In this document: positions 37,936 through 51,396 of the stretch, in pieces | Layout of the letters: the number at the start of each line of letters is the position of its first letter | How positions within the stretch are numbered: the stretch's first letter is position 1 | From: Octopus sinensis | Lineage: Eukaryota | Reading direction: 5' to 3' | NCBI RefSeq assembly: GCF_006345805.1 | Contig: NC_043000.1 | Location: forward strand, 140,182,001-140,246,000 | Length of the DNA stretch: 64,000 bases | Program-made: the position numbers and the translations under genes | Notes under the pieces: model-generated | Seen by the model: the letters and a program-made list of their open reading frames with translations, nothing else | Told to the model about the DNA's origin: nothing | Databases searched by the model: none

Positions 37936-38490
37936 CTCAAGAGAGAGGCAAGACATGGTATGAGCACAAACCAAAGAGAGTGGCAGAGTCAGAGACTAGC
38001 AAAATCTTCTGGGATTTCCCAATCCAAACAGATCAAGTGCTAGACCATAACAGACCAGACCTAGTAGTGGTTGACAAGCTGCACCACATGTGCTGTTTAG
38101 TCGATGTTGCATGTGTCTTTGACCAATGAATAGCAAAATAGGTAAGCAAAAAAATAAATACAACTCCCTTAAGTATGAAACATCCCAGCTATGGAAAATG
38201 AAGAAGGTGAAGATAGTGCCAAACATTGTTGGGTCTTTGAGAATGGTATCAGAAGGCATCAAGAGGGATATAAAGGAAATTGGAATAGAGTGCCCAGTAG
38301 AACTGTTACAAAAAGTTTACCTCCTTGGCATAGCCAAAATAATCAGGAAAGTATTAGATAGCTGAAAAGAACAGATAGCATGGTACCCTATGCTACATGT
38401 AGCAAGCCCACTATGCATGCAAGACTCAAGGAGTTCCAACAAAACCTGTAACAAAAATAAATAATAATAATAATAATAATAATAATAACC
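37936..38490 (+). mobile_element. R4/Dong-clade 3' fragment
   Basis: WYEHKPKRVAESETSKIFWDFPIQTDQVLDHNRPDLVVVDK..VDVAC; KYNSLKYE..QLWKMKKVKIVP..KIIRKVLDS*; (AAT)n tail. Confidence 0.9.
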
Positions 38491-38589
38491 TTATCAGACA
38501 GGTAGTCATGATAGATATATTAGACTTTGTATATTTGTACCCCAGTGTCACTTTGATAGCACACGTTGCCTTCTCACTCAATAATTGTT

Positions 38590-38945
38590 GTTGTTGGCAT
38601 CCTTTTTGTCTCGCGAGACAATGGAGTTGCACATAAAATAGTCTAGTCCGGCTTTTACATTTCATGTCCTGATACATTTCCTGCTGTGGCGGTGTAGTCC
38701 TATCCTGGACAAACACTCTCTCTGGCAGGTACCGCAAATGTAGCAAAGACTGTTCCTGGCTGGTTGTAATGTCATAGTTTCTTGTTGACGTCTTTTCTTG
38801 TCTTTCCATTTCTCCTCTCTCTCTCTGTAACTCCTTTGTATTCCCTCTTTTACGGTATGTCGCCAATCTCCACGGTTACTGGCAACTGCTTCCCAATTGC
38901 TAACACTGATGTTGCAGGCCTTCATGTCCCTTTTGCAAACATCCT
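38590..38945 (-). mobile_element. RTE/Bov-B-type LINE 3' fragment
   Basis: DVCKRDMKACNI..WEAVASNRGDWRHTVKEG..CGTCQRECLSRIGLHRHSRKC. Confidence 0.88.
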
Positions 38946-39234
38946 CAATAATAATAATGAAACAAAAGTAGCAACAGCAATGACAACAGCATGGATTGAC
39001 TAGCGAAAAGTATTTGATAATATCCCACACTCCTAGATGCTAGAGAAATTTTACATAAATCTTTCAGTCCTAATATTAGTGAAACAGAAACCTGTTGAAC
39101 AAAACCATGACTGGTACAGTTGCTATGGACAAACTAAAAACTATCTTTGTATGACTGTGAGATTACGAAGTTCACTTGGCAATCACATGGTTTTGGAGTA
39201 GGTCTCAGCATATGGCACCTTAGATGTCTTCTTT

Positions 39235-39447
39235 TCTACACTAGGCGCAAGACCCAAAGTTTTGGGGGAGGAGGCTAGTCGATTTGATTGACCCCTGTAT
39301 GCAACTGGTACTTAATTTATCGATCCCCAAAAGGATGAAAGGTAAAGAATCGACCTCAGTGGAATTTGAACTCAGAACATAAAGATAGACAAAATACTGC
39401 TAAGAATTTTATCTGGTGTGCTAGCATTTCTGCCAGCTCACCACCTT
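39235..39447 (-). mobile_element. SINE family B variant, decayed
   Basis: ctggtacttaatttatcgatcccc..ggatgaaagg..gaatttgaactcagaac..ctgccagctcaccacctt. Confidence 0.85.
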
Positions 39448-39552
39448 GCTGTGGATGTTTTCTACTTTAGCCCTGGCAGAACCAAAACTTGTCAGTGGAT
39501 TAAGTTGATGAAAACTGAAATAATTCTATTATATAGAATTCTTATATAGAAT

Positions 39553-39784
39553 AAGGCGGCAAGCTGGCAAAAACATTAGCACACTGGGCGCAATGCTTAG
39601 CGGCATTTCATCTGCCGCTATGTTCTGTGTTCAAATTCCACCGAGGTCAACTTTGCCTTTCATCCTTTCGAGGTTGATAAATTAAGTACCAGTTACACAC
39701 TGGGGTCGATGTAATCAACTTAATCCGTTTGTCTGTCCTTGTTTGCCCCCTCTGTGTTTAGCCCCTTGTGGGTAGTAAAGAAAT
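39553..39784 (+). mobile_element. SINE family B
   Basis: Consensus match. Confidence 0.95.
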
Positions 39785-40069
39785 AAGAATTCTATTATAT
39801 ATTTGTTTGTCAATTTTTATGCTTTTTCCATTCTGACATGAGGCGAATACATTATTGAGTCATTGATTTACAGTAGGATGCCCTAGATGTCACTAACCCT
39901 TACTTGCTTTTCAAGCAAGAGATACTTTTAACTTTAATGATCATCACAGAAGTAAGTGGACGATTTATTGACAAAACCAACAACAATATTATTACATGTA
40001 GCCTATTATTTTTGTAGTGGGCAACAGATACACATGCATACATGCATACATATATACATGCATTCATAT

Positions 40070-40210
40070 ATGACAGGCTATTTTCAGTTTCCATCTCCAA
40101 AATTCACAAACAAGGCTTTGATTTGACTGGGGTTATAATTAATGAAACTTGCCCTAAGCACTGCAAAATAGGACTGAAACTGACAAATGAACTTTTTAAT
40201 CACGCAGTAA
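40070..40210 (-). mobile_element. Old SINE family A 5' fragment
   Basis: gacaggctattttcagtttccatctccaaa..acaaggctttg..acttgccctaag. Confidence 0.7.
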
Positions 40211-40357
40211 ATTCTTTGCCAACATGTGTGCATGTGTGTGTGTGTGTGTGCATGTGTGTTTTTGTGTGTGTGTGTTAGCATGTGGGGATGTGTACGAGTA
40301 TGAGTGTGTACTTGTGTGCCCTTGTCCGAACATCATGCAATAATTGTAAACAAACAA

Positions 40358-40575
40358 GGTGGCAAGCTGGCAGAAATGTAAGCATACCAGGAAAAATGCT
40401 TAGTGGTATGTCATCTTTCTTTACATTCTGAGTTCAAATTCCACCAAAGTCGACTTTGCCTTTCATTCTTTTGGGGTCGATAAATTAAGTACCAGTTGCA
40501 TACTGGGGTCAATCTAACCGACTGGTCCCCTCCCCCCAAATTTCATGCCTTGTACCTAGAGGAGAAAAGAATAAT
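40358..40575 (+). mobile_element. SINE family B variant (CCCCTCCCCCCAAATTTCA tail)
   Basis: Same head and core as B with a different 3' end. Confidence 0.9.
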
Positions 40576-40963
40576 TGCAAACAAAAGTCAGTGATGTGGA
40601 TGCTAGAGTGATGACAACAAAAGGAAACTAAAATCAACAATAAATACAAAGTGGGAATCCTACGAAAAAAAAAAAAAAGCAATTCATAAATTCAACTAAA
40701 ACATAAGGATACATACAGGATTAGATACATGTCAAAGCATCTTTATAAACTAACTAGAACTAGGATTATAAGATTAAAAGTAATAGATGAGATTCACCAA
40801 CACTTATTAATAAGAAGCATGATTGAAACTTATAAAATACAATACAAAACAGGAAACTGGAAGAGAGTGCTAAGAGGAGACAAACTAATGCTCAAAACTG
40901 GAGTTAATGCTTGAAGTAAAATACATCTTCAATATAATGCATAGGAATTTAAGCAATCCGATA

Positions 40964-41301
40964 GGAGACACCCTTCGGTCATGAATGACCATGGGTTTGT
41001 ACCTAGAAAGTTACCCTCCGAGGCACAAGTCCGGGCAAGGTTGTTTATGGAAGACCAGCAGTCGCCCATGCATACCAGCCTTCCCTCTCCACACCACTGA
41101 TGTTATCCAAAGGAAAGGCAAAGGCCGATACAGCTTGGCATCTGTGATGTCACAACTTATTCCTACAGCTGAGTTAACTGGAGCAAATTTGAAGTAAAGT
41201 GCCTTGCTCAAGAACACAACATGGAGCTCGGTCCGGGAATCGAACTCTCAATCTCACAATCGTAAGCTTGACGATCTAACTGCTGAGCTATGCGCCTTCA
41301 C
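40964..41301 (-). mobile_element. SINE family E (tRNA head, CTTGAGCAAGGCACTTTA core)
   Basis: Minus: gtgaaggcgcatagctcagcagttag..gttcgattcccggac; degenerate 13-bp TSD aagcaatccgata / aagctatctgata. Confidence 0.88.
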
Positions 41302-41521
41302 AAGCTATCTGATAGCTTGGACAAAACAGAATAAAATCTAGGAAACTAGGGATGGTTTTCAGAATCTGAAGTTAAAAAATTGACATAGACCATATATATT
41401 TGGTCAACCAGGAGGACAAGACCAGATGCAAATAGAAAACTGTAACAAAATATCTATAATAGGACTACAAAGGTTCTTTGAATCAACCAAATTAGAGTAT
41501 ATATATATATATATATATATA

Positions 41522-41710
41522 TACTCTTTTACTTGTTTCAGTCATTTGACTGCGGCTATGCTGGAGCACCGCCTTTAGTCGAGCAAATCGACCCCGGGAC
41601 TTATTCTTTGTAAGCCCAGTACTTATTCTATCGGTCTCTTTTGCCGAACCTCTAAGTGACGGGGACATAAACACACCAGCATCGGTTATTAAGGAATGCT
41701 AGGGGGACAA

Positions 41711-41749
<39 letters not shown>

Positions 41750-41909
41750 CATATATACGACGGGCTTCTTTCAATTTCTGTCCACTCACAAGGCATTGGT
41801 CGGTCCGGGGCTATAGCAGAAGACACTTGCCCAAGATGCCACGCAGTGGGACTGAACCCGGAACCATGTTGTTGGTTAGCAAGCTATTTACCACACAGCC
41901 ACTCCTGCA

Positions 41910-41912
<3 letters not shown>
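41522..41912 (-). mobile_element. SINE family A
   Basis: Consensus match. Confidence 0.95.
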
Positions 41913-41949
<37 letters not shown>

Positions 41950-42340
41950 ATTTTTATATGTAAAGAAAACGAAAAGTAGAAGCAGGTAACAAACTAAACT
42001 GAAATTACACACACATATGTGTGTGCACACATACACACACATGTACACATGCATTTATGTATTGTTTACATACACACACGAATGTGCACAAAGATATTCA
42101 TGTATAAAAATGCACAGCTTAGTCTTTTATACATGTACGGCATTTATGAAATAAAACAGATGTTAAACAAAGGAGGGAAAGCAATTTAAAAATTGCTTGG
42201 GGGTACATGAAACACAGACTATTCTCCATTCAAGGTATATTCTCTCTCCCAAGTTGTATCTGCTCTCTCCTAAGTCCATGTCACACAAGACTGTTGACTC
42301 TTCCATCCACATTCAATTTGAACAGTCTTACTCTCTCTCT

Positions 42341-42744
42341 CTCTTTTACTCTTTTACTTGTTTCAGTCATTTGACTGCGGCCATGCTGGAGCACTGCCTT
42401 TAGTCGAGCAAATCGACCCCAGGACTTATTCTTTGTAAGCCCAGTACTTATTCTATTGGTCTCTTTTGCCAAACCGCTAAGTGACGGGGATGTAAACACA
42501 CCAGCATCGGTTGTCAAGCAATGCTAGGGGGACAAACACAGACACACAAACACATACACACACACATATATATATACATATATACGACAGGCTTCTTTCA
42601 GTTTCCGTCTACCAAATCCACTCACAAGGCATTGGTCGTCCTGGGGCTATAGCAGAAGACGCCCAAAATGCCACGCAGTGGGACTGAACCTGGAACCATG
42701 TGGTTGGTAAGCAAGCTACTTACCACACAGCCACTCCTACGCCT
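42341..42744 (-). mobile_element. SINE family A flanked by a 45-bp direct duplication
   Basis: Consensus match; flanks 42286-42330 / 42759-42803. Confidence 0.95.
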
Positions 42745-44094
42745 ATTGTTGACTCTTTCAAGACTGTTGACTCTTTCATTCACATTCAGTTTGAACAGTC
42801 TTATCTACTTTTCTGAAACTTTACTTCAAAGCAGGCATTATATCTATCTGTGTACCCCAGTCTTCTCCCCTTCAACTTTAACTTATGTTTAAACAAATTT
42901 ATAAGGGTTTAGTCAGAGAAAATCTCTTGTTCCCCATACTACCTCTTCCATCACATCCAACAGACAAAGGAAAATTTTCTGGCTCTCCTAGCATAAAAAA
43001 AAAGAAGAAAAAATTGCCCATGGCAGGTTGATCCTTCAAATGGATTTGAGTGACAGCTGGATTCATCTAACATGTGATAGCAGCTATCTAATATAATTCC
43101 ATCTTTGCCAAACTGCATCATTAGCTTGGAATGCTGAATTGAAATCATCCTTTCAAACATGATAGAAACATACTTACACTTGGTTTTTCACCATTTATAT
43201 CACCCCACCCCCCAAGCTAAGAAAAAGAGGAGAAAACAAAAAACAAAAAAAAAACAAAGAAAAAAACCCTAAACTCAATATGAAGGATTTGATAAAATCA
43301 GAAGATTTGATAAAAAGAAATCTAACTTTGATGATCCAGAGCCCTTTTCATAGAAGTTATTAATTATTGAAATCTGATGAACTCATAATTGGATTATTAT
43401 AGATCCTGGATCACTGATGGATGCTTCTGAATATGAAGTATGGAAAGATGAGAAGATAAACATTCTGCATCATTAAACCAATGTGTGGAATTGTGTTTCA
43501 GGATTCTTTGTTGAAGCAAAATTATTGAAAATTATTGCATTATTGTTTGTTAATTCCTACCACAATACTTTTATTATATTTTTCTTATGTATTTATTTTC
43601 ATTTATTTATCATCATTCAATATACAGTTTGGTATGTTTTATTTTTTTTTTTTATGTTTTTGTCAATTATTTGCTTCCTTAATTATGTGTATGCTACATA
43701 AATTCATCCCAACATCTATATACACGTACATACCAACAAATAGATACCGGCTGTGAGCATAGGAATATAATTCATGTATGAAGTTATTCAAAGGGCACTG
43801 AGTTGTAGATATGATAGTGTTAGACAAAAAGCTTTGCAATATTTAGATATATAACATTCACAGCATGAGTTCAAACCTAGCTGAACCCAACTATTTTTTT
43901 TATCTATTTGGGTGGATAAAATATTTTCAGTGAAGTACTGATTTGATTAAATTATACATATTACATCAATACAAAAGTATAATTTACTGCCATTATAAGT
44001 GTTCACATATTTAAATATACACATTGTCTCCTCTTCCTTCTTTGCCTGCTGTAAATAGTTAAAATAGGCACTATATGTGCAGGGGGGTATCTAT

Positions 44095-44127
<33 letters not shown>

Positions 44128-44142
44128 TATATATATATATAA

Positions 44143-44374
44143 AAGGCGGCGAGTTGGCAGAAACATTAGCACGCTGGGCGAAATGCTTACCGGTATTTCG
44201 TCTACCATTACGTTCTGAGTTCAAATTCCACTGAAGTCGACTTTGCTTTTCATCCTTTCGGGGTCGATAAATAAAGTACCAGTTTTGCTCTGGGGTCGAT
44301 GTAATCGACTTGATCCTTTTGTCTGTCCTTGTTTGTCCCCTCTATGTTTAGCCCCTTGTGGGCAGTAAAGAAAT
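44143..44374 (+). mobile_element. SINE family B
   Basis: Consensus match. Confidence 0.95.
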
Positions 44375-44539
44375 ATATATATATATACACACACATATAC
44401 ACATCACAGGATCATATGATTGACCAGACTATCGTATGTTGTTATACATTGCTAGTCACAATGCACTTTGTATTGTTTTAGCTTTCAAATGGGGCCACCC
44501 CGCTGACTAGGCAAGCAGATCAAAATTTCCCCCATAAGA

Positions 44540-45100
44540 ATAGGCCCCATAGTATTTTATGGTTTACTCCACCTTTCTCCCTAAATGTTAGGATACATAT
44601 AGATACAAAATTATTACTTTTATAAGATAATCACTTTCCTAAAAACACCATAGGTATAAGATATTTAATATGCATAACATTAAAATTTGCATGTTCCAAT
44701 TCCCCAATGTAATGTCCTATATCAATAAGCAAACGATTACTAGGGCAAGTCCTGGATACACATGCAGAGATAAACGTAAATGTCCTCTGGGGCAGGGTTG
44801 TGACATATCTTCTGTTGTTTATAAATTGCAAGTAACAGCAAATGGTGGCAGTGATCACACAGTGACTAAATGATTTATTTAGTCTGTGGAGAGAAAATTT
44901 AAATCTAAATACAACAACTATATTTCTACTTTTTGGCACACTGAAAAGAGACTAACAACAAAACCCTCAGCATTAATGCAACACCAAATGGAAGATCCTT
45001 TTTAAGACCAAACCTCGTATTAAGGATTCAAAAGATGCTTCACATCCTTGCTTGAAAACCTGCTTATTTTAAAGAACCAAAAGACCACCTCTGAGGACTC
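44540..45100 (+). mobile_element. Penelope-like fragment (thumb to GIY-YIG), decayed
   Basis: ILWFTPPFSLNV; CRDKRKCPLGQGCDISSVVYKLQV. Confidence 0.8.
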
Positions 45101-45115
45101 TCTTTTTTTTTTTTT

Positions 45116-45320
45116 CTCTTTTTTACTTGTTTCAGTCATTTTACTGCGGCCATGCTGGAGCACCACCTTTAATCGAGCAACTCGACCCCGGGACTTATTC
45201 TTTTTGTAAGCCCAGTACTTATTCTATCGGTCTCTTTTGCCGAACCGCTAAGTGATGGGGACATAAACACACCAGCATCGGTTGTCAAGCAATGCTAAGG
45301 GGACAAACACACAAACACAA

Positions 45321-45353
<33 letters not shown>

Positions 45354-45523
45354 CACATACATATATACGACGGGCTTTCAGTTTCCGTCTACCAAATCCA
45401 CTCACAAAGCTTCAGTCGGCCCGAGGCTATAGTAGAAGACACTTGCCCAAGGTGCCACGCAGTGGGACTGAACCCGGAACCATGTGGTTGGTAAACAAGC
45501 TACTTACCACACAGCCACTCCTG
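45116..45523 (-). mobile_element. SINE family A
   Basis: Consensus match. Confidence 0.95.
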
Positions 45524-45963
45524 TATAAAAAAATTCAAAAGTAAGACTTTTTTTTCATCATGTCCCCGAATTAAAGAAACTGCTTTCCAGTGTTGGTTTA
45601 CAAAATTTTCAGCGCTCATAAAAGACTGCATATATTTTCTGTGCAACTAATTATCTCTCTTTAATTAATTATCTCTGTCCTTTTCAAAATGCACATACTC
45701 ATGCAAACTGCAGCTGCATTAAAATGTTTATTAATCATCTTTTTTTCTTAGTCACTTAGGTGCTCTTTAAAAATGCACAACATCTGACCTGACATGCCTG
45801 TTTGCTTGAGAAAGACATTAATTTTATATACACATTGTTTAGTTATCTGCAACCCAAAGAGTTTGGTAGAGAAAATACCCACCATGGCTGAAGGCATGGA
45901 GGTAAAAGGGTTGACAATGAAGGAAACTTTGATGGAGAAATTGAGTATGATAGAGTATGATAT

Positions 45964-46193
45964 GGTGGCGAGCTGGCAGAATCATTAGCACGCCGGGCGA
46001 AATGCGTAGCCGTATTTCATCTGCCGTTACGTTCTGAGTTCAAATTCCGCCGAGGTCCACTTTGCCTTTCATCCTTTCGGGGTCGATAAATTAAGTACCA
46101 GTTATGCACTGGGGTCGTTGTAATCGACTTAATCCGTTTGTCTGTCCTTGCTTGTCCCTTCTATGTTCAGCCCCTTGTGGGTAATAAAGAAAC
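45964..46193 (+). mobile_element. SINE family B
   Basis: Consensus match. Confidence 0.95.
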
Positions 46194-48047
46194 AGATATA
46201 GTTGGACTTGAAACTGGCTGTAAGTCACTGAAATATAGTTTGTTAGAAACTCTTGGTATCGAGTGTAGATAGACATGAAGGCCACCATGACAATGGACAT
46301 GTATGTTAAGATAACAGATTTGTAAGAGGATCGATGAAAAGAGTATGAAGTTTAGAAGATAGCTGAGGAGAACATAAAAGCAGGGGAAAAAATTGATGTT
46401 ACAAGACAAATAAAGCGGTTAAGAAACAGGAAGTAAACATAGATAAGGCCCATAGGAAAACGTTTGTAGAAAGTAAGAATGCAAAGGAAGGTCAAAGAGA
46501 AAGTGTTTAAAACTGCAAAGCAATTAGCAGACATGAGATGCGATGTGATAGACTTATCAATACATATTGTAAATATAGAGTTAATTTGAAAAATATGAAC
46601 ATTGATTTGACATATTGAAAATAAATTAGTGATTATCAGTGAAGTGATAATTTTATTCGTTATCTTACGCTGCTTAAACATTTTCCATCATTATATTATA
46701 TTGTTATATTAGCTGGAATTAGACACACAGAAGAACTTTATGTAAGCACTCACATTTTAGAAACAATCTAACAGTACAATGAACTTGAACTCTTCATACT
46801 TTCTATCATTTTAATGAGTGTTTATGTCTGAGTGTGTGTGTGTGCTGGTTTAGAAGCAATATCTTCAATCGATTTTTTTTAAACTTTGTAACTTGTATAT
46901 TGTCACATTCATTATAGATTTTAAAACTGAGAGTATAAGTTGTAAGGATTCCTCACAACACATTTTTTTCTTCTTTCTATTATTTTAGTAATTTATGGCA
47001 TTAGTATATTAGATTTGCATGACATGATGGGATAACAAGAGTACTGAATTATTTTTTATTAAACTTATCGTACTTCAAGAATTAACTAATTTTCCATGTA
47101 ATTGGTATGATGTAGCACAAACAAACATACCCAAGCACAAAAGCAAACCATGTGGAATTGAATGTGTTCCCTGATAAAATAATGAGATCATTATTTATAA
47201 GAAGGTTTACATCGGGGAAAGGAATTCTGGAGAACTACAATGAAAAAATATGAGAAAGATATGGTATAAACATTTTTTTGTGCAGGAGTTCCTTAAGACA
47301 TGCAATTCATTTTAAAGGTTATGCAAAGGTAAAAATGTTGAAAAACACTGATATAGACACTTATGAAAAAGTATGGTTTCACAGTGTAATTCATAGGAGA
47401 ATATAGCAATTATAGGGAGTAATTTACCCATTACTATTTTAAATTAGAGAAGGACCTGAACTCTGCAGCACAAGCTAAGTAACATGCATTAGTTTTATTA
47501 TATTGTATCTTCTTACAGAGAATAATTATATACCATTCCATTCTGTGGTACATATTGCAAACTAGGCAAACTCAATCATTAAAAGTTATGCATAGTGATA
47601 ATATAGTGTTCATTACCTACTAATTTGATTATCTACTCTCTCATCTCACCTTTATCAAATTACCATTTAATGTTCTAATAAGAGTTTGAATCTCAAGCAG
47701 AATAGATCATAACTATACACAGTTCCCAGTGCTTACTACATTTAGCTGTGCTTTTTTTATGTAAACCATTTTTATGCCCTAGACAGAGAAGAAATGGCAG
47801 TTACCATGAACTTTATCTATGGTCTCTAAAGCTATAGAGGAAAATGAAGGAAATCAGCACTCATGAGTTACTACAGTAGGAAGCAATAGGTGATTCTTTG
47901 GACAAATATCTAATCTGAATTATCATCACCAAGTTGACTCTGCTAAACCCATCTGATAAGTCATGCTGTGATGCTAAACTATGCAATGAAATATTTTTTA
48001 TTTCATATAAATTCCTCAAAATATGAAATATTTATTTACATCTATTT

Positions 48048-48295
48048 CATCATCATCATCATCATTTAACGTCCGCTTTCTATGCTAGCATGGGTTGGAC
48101 GGTTCAACTGGGGTCTAGGAAGCCCGAAGGCTGCACCAGGCCAGTCAGATCTGGCAGAGTTTCTACAGCTGGATGCCCTTCCTTACACCAACCACTCCGT
48201 GAGTGTAGTGGGTGCTTTTTATGTGCCACCAACACAGGTGCCAGACGAGGCTGGCAAACGGCCACGCTCGGATGGTGTTTTTTACATGCCACCGG
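48048..48295 (-). mobile_element. SINE family D
   Basis: (CAT)n tail plus ttaacgtccgctttc..cagctggatgcccttcc. Confidence 0.92.
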
Positions 48296-49799
48296 TCAAA
48301 TTTAAGTAATTTGTTAACATAGTATAGTTATTGATTTAAGATATGACTCCCAAATTATTACAATCCATTCAACATGTTTCAATACTGTTTCAATATACCC
48401 AATATTACTCATAAACCTTGAGTTGACTCTTGCTTAAAGTGTTTGTGTACTAAGGTTGGCTGATACTGAAAACATATGATTATAAAGTAAATTTCTTAAC
48501 CACATAAACGTGTTACCTGACCTTAAAAGTTAAAAGCATCGAAGAGCAGATGGTGGTGTTAAACCAGATGAAGTTTTAGCTTCACCAAATTCCAGCTAAG
48601 TGAACTGAGCCAGTAAGAATTATAGTTCTTTGTTAATGAAACAGTTAAATGCCATTGAAGAAGTATGAACCAATAACTTCTTTGTTAGTAACATGGCACC
48701 TAAACAGCTTGGTCATCTGTGACTCTCAGACAAAAATATCATACCTAAACTGAATAATAAACAGATTTTAAACAATGTGACACCAAAGTTAGAAATCACC
48801 AAGATGGAAGAAAATATATTGATTTTTTTTTTACTTTGCAAGTCTAATCTGTGAATGGAACCATTAAATTATTCAAACTTCTCTCTAAGTTCAGCTTCCA
48901 ATTTATGCTAATTCTTGTCTAATGCCCCAGAAATAGTTTTGGCAATCAGTTTGTGACTGGCTCTCTCTCATCTTGCTAAAGATAATAGGAAAAATTAAAA
49001 AAAAAAGAAGGAAACAGATGAAGTTTACATATACAACCTCTCTCTCTCTTACTCTCTCTCTCTCTCATACACTATCACAGAGGTATAGGTCTATTCTATA
49101 CACAATCTTATATAACTTTACATAGATAAACACATTTACACGTATATACATATACCTAGATACAAATAGCAGCAAATATTATAAATAAAAGCAATCATTT
49201 ATGTAACCATATAAACGCAGGCATGATTTGAATTATAAATAAACACATAAAGGCATATTTCACACTTGGTAAGGTAAACGTTATGTCTTTTCAATATCAT
49301 TATAATATTATAATTTCAATAAGACAAGAATGACATATTGAGACAATAACATGACTTCTTCTAGATCAGCTAGTTTTGCAGATACATCTTTGCACATAAC
49401 GTATACTTCTAGATATTTTTCTTGGCTGACATAATGCTTCCATTGCAGCTTTGTATAAAACGGATTTTTATGTTGGTGCAATTATTTTCACAGATAGATT
49501 CCATCCCTTCAGCCAAATAATCAATCCTTAAAGAAGAAGAGAATCAGCTTTTATTGTCAAGAAGACTTGAGTAAGTGCTGTTATGCATGCTGTTTTGTTG
49601 CTCTAAGATATAACACAAAGGGTTTAATAAGCTTTCAGGATATAGTCATATATTCGGTAGCCTATCAACTCAAGGTCCATTAGATATCATTGCTGTGAAT
49701 ACATGCACTTGCACGTGCATGTCCACAAACACACACATGTACACACATACACAAAAACAAACAATCTCAGAGACACATACTTATATTTGTAGAAGACCA

Positions 49800-50150
49800 A
49801 CAGATTCAACAAAATATTTAATAGGCATACCCTGAGATTGTCCTTTAGCTGTGCACCTAATGTGAAAAAAAATTTTAGTAGGTATGCTCAAACCCAAGAC
49901 TGAAACAGGATGCTCATGCAGGGGTAACACAACTTGTCCACTAAGTGGCCACTGCAATATGAAATAGTTGTTTACGAGGCAGAAGTAATAGCAACAAGAC
50001 CCAAAGGACAACTGAGCATGTGGAAATATGTGGGGGAAACAGAAGGGCTCTTCAGAACCTACTTTAACAACTACAAGTCCTCATTCAACATCCCAGAGAG
50101 ATGTAATTCCACAAGCCTAGCCAAGCATGTCTGGGGTTTTGAAAGATTGT
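49800..50150 (+). mobile_element. Penelope-like GIY-YIG fragment
   Basis: TCPLSGHC; VVYEAEV..KYVGETEGLFRTYFNNYKSSF..STSLAKHVW. Confidence 0.85.
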
Positions 50151-50401
50151 GAATATAAACAGCCACAAAAGGGTTTGTCCAAATAATCACCGGAGTAATC
50201 TTACTTTAGAGAATTCATAGCTCAGAGATCAGGGAGTGATTCTAAATTGAGCCACTATTTGTCTACATCGAGTAGTAACAGCTCTGAAGCTACAAACATG
50301 GTGGCTAGAATATTCAAGAAAATAATTGCATGACAGATTTCACAGGTTAGAACAACTGGCAGTTGAGCTTGGAACAGATCACACGCTAGTTGATTGGATA
50401 A

Positions 50402-50786
50402 GTGGAGGCGCAATGGCCCAGTGGTTAGGGCAGCGGACTCGCGGTATTAGGATCACGGTTTTGATTCCCAGACCGGGCGTTGTGAGTGTTTATTGAGCGA
50501 AAACACCTAAAGCTCCACGAGGCTCCGGCAGGGGGTGGTGGTGATCCCTACTGTACTCTTTCACCACAACTTTCTCTCACTCTTACTTCCTGTTTCTGTT
50601 GTACCTGTATTTCAAAGGGCCAGCCTTGTCACTCTCTGTGTCACGCTGAATATCCCCGAGAACTACGTTAAGGGTACACGTGTCTGTGGAGTGCTCAGCC
50701 ACTTACACATTAATTTCACGAACAGGCTGTTCCGTTGATTTGGATCAACCGGAGCCCTCGTCGTCGTAACCGACGGAGTGCTTCCA
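50402..50786 (+). mobile_element. SINE family C, full length
   Basis: 14-bp TSD agttgattggataa (50388-50401 / 50787-50800). Confidence 0.97.
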
Positions 50787-51027
50787 AGTTGATTGGATAA
50801 TATCCACAGCCTTGGTTGGTCTTGCTTTTGATAGGACTGCCTGGAAAACCTGTCAGGACTCCACTGCCATTCAGGAATGATGAGGTATGAACATAGATGG
50901 AAAGATGGACCATTTACATTTTTTTTATTGTTCCATTAAGTTCAAGACAAGATAACTTTATAAGGGCAATTAAAGTGACATTTTGAATTGCTACTAGAAT
51001 ATAAGAAGTATGTATAATATAATACAG

Positions 51028-51211
51028 TTCTATATTTAAGAGATGAGGAATTATATACATTATTTACATTATTTACATTCGACGGATATTTGTCCTCATC
51101 TTGTTTGTTGTTAACAACGTTTTGGCTGATATACCCTCCAGCCTTCTTCAGGTGTTTTGGGGAAATTTCGAACCTGGGTTCTCATTCCTAAGGTATTTTT
51201 CAATGTTGTTG

Positions 51212-51243
<32 letters not shown>

Positions 51244-51325
51244 GTTCAGGTCACTGCTTGGAATCGAACTCGGAATCTTGGGGTTTGTAGCTTGTACTCT
51301 TAACCACAACGCCATATGCCCGTGG
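51028..51325 (-). mobile_element. tRNA-headed SINE-like element with hammerhead-bearing Penelope-like tail
   Basis: Minus: ggcatatggcgttgtggttaagag (A box) .. gagttcgattcc (B box), (AAT)n, then acac-CTGAAGA-A-GGCTG/CAGCC-AAAAC-GTT and end cctcatctcttaaatatagaa. Confidence 0.7.
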
Positions 51326-51328
51326 GCC

Positions 51329-51362
51329 CTGAAGAATAATAATAATAAGAATAATATAATAA

Positions 51363-51396
<34 letters not shown>

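Noticed and set aside
49300-49526. Minus-strand exon-like segment after a strong acceptor
   Set aside because: Open stretches are in different frames and there is no usable donor; no homology recognised
51245-51325. tRNA-like sequence (also the SINE heads at 50402, 9572 and 41301)
   Set aside because: A/B boxes are present but there is no complete cloverleaf or acceptor stem; these are SINE heads, not tRNA genes
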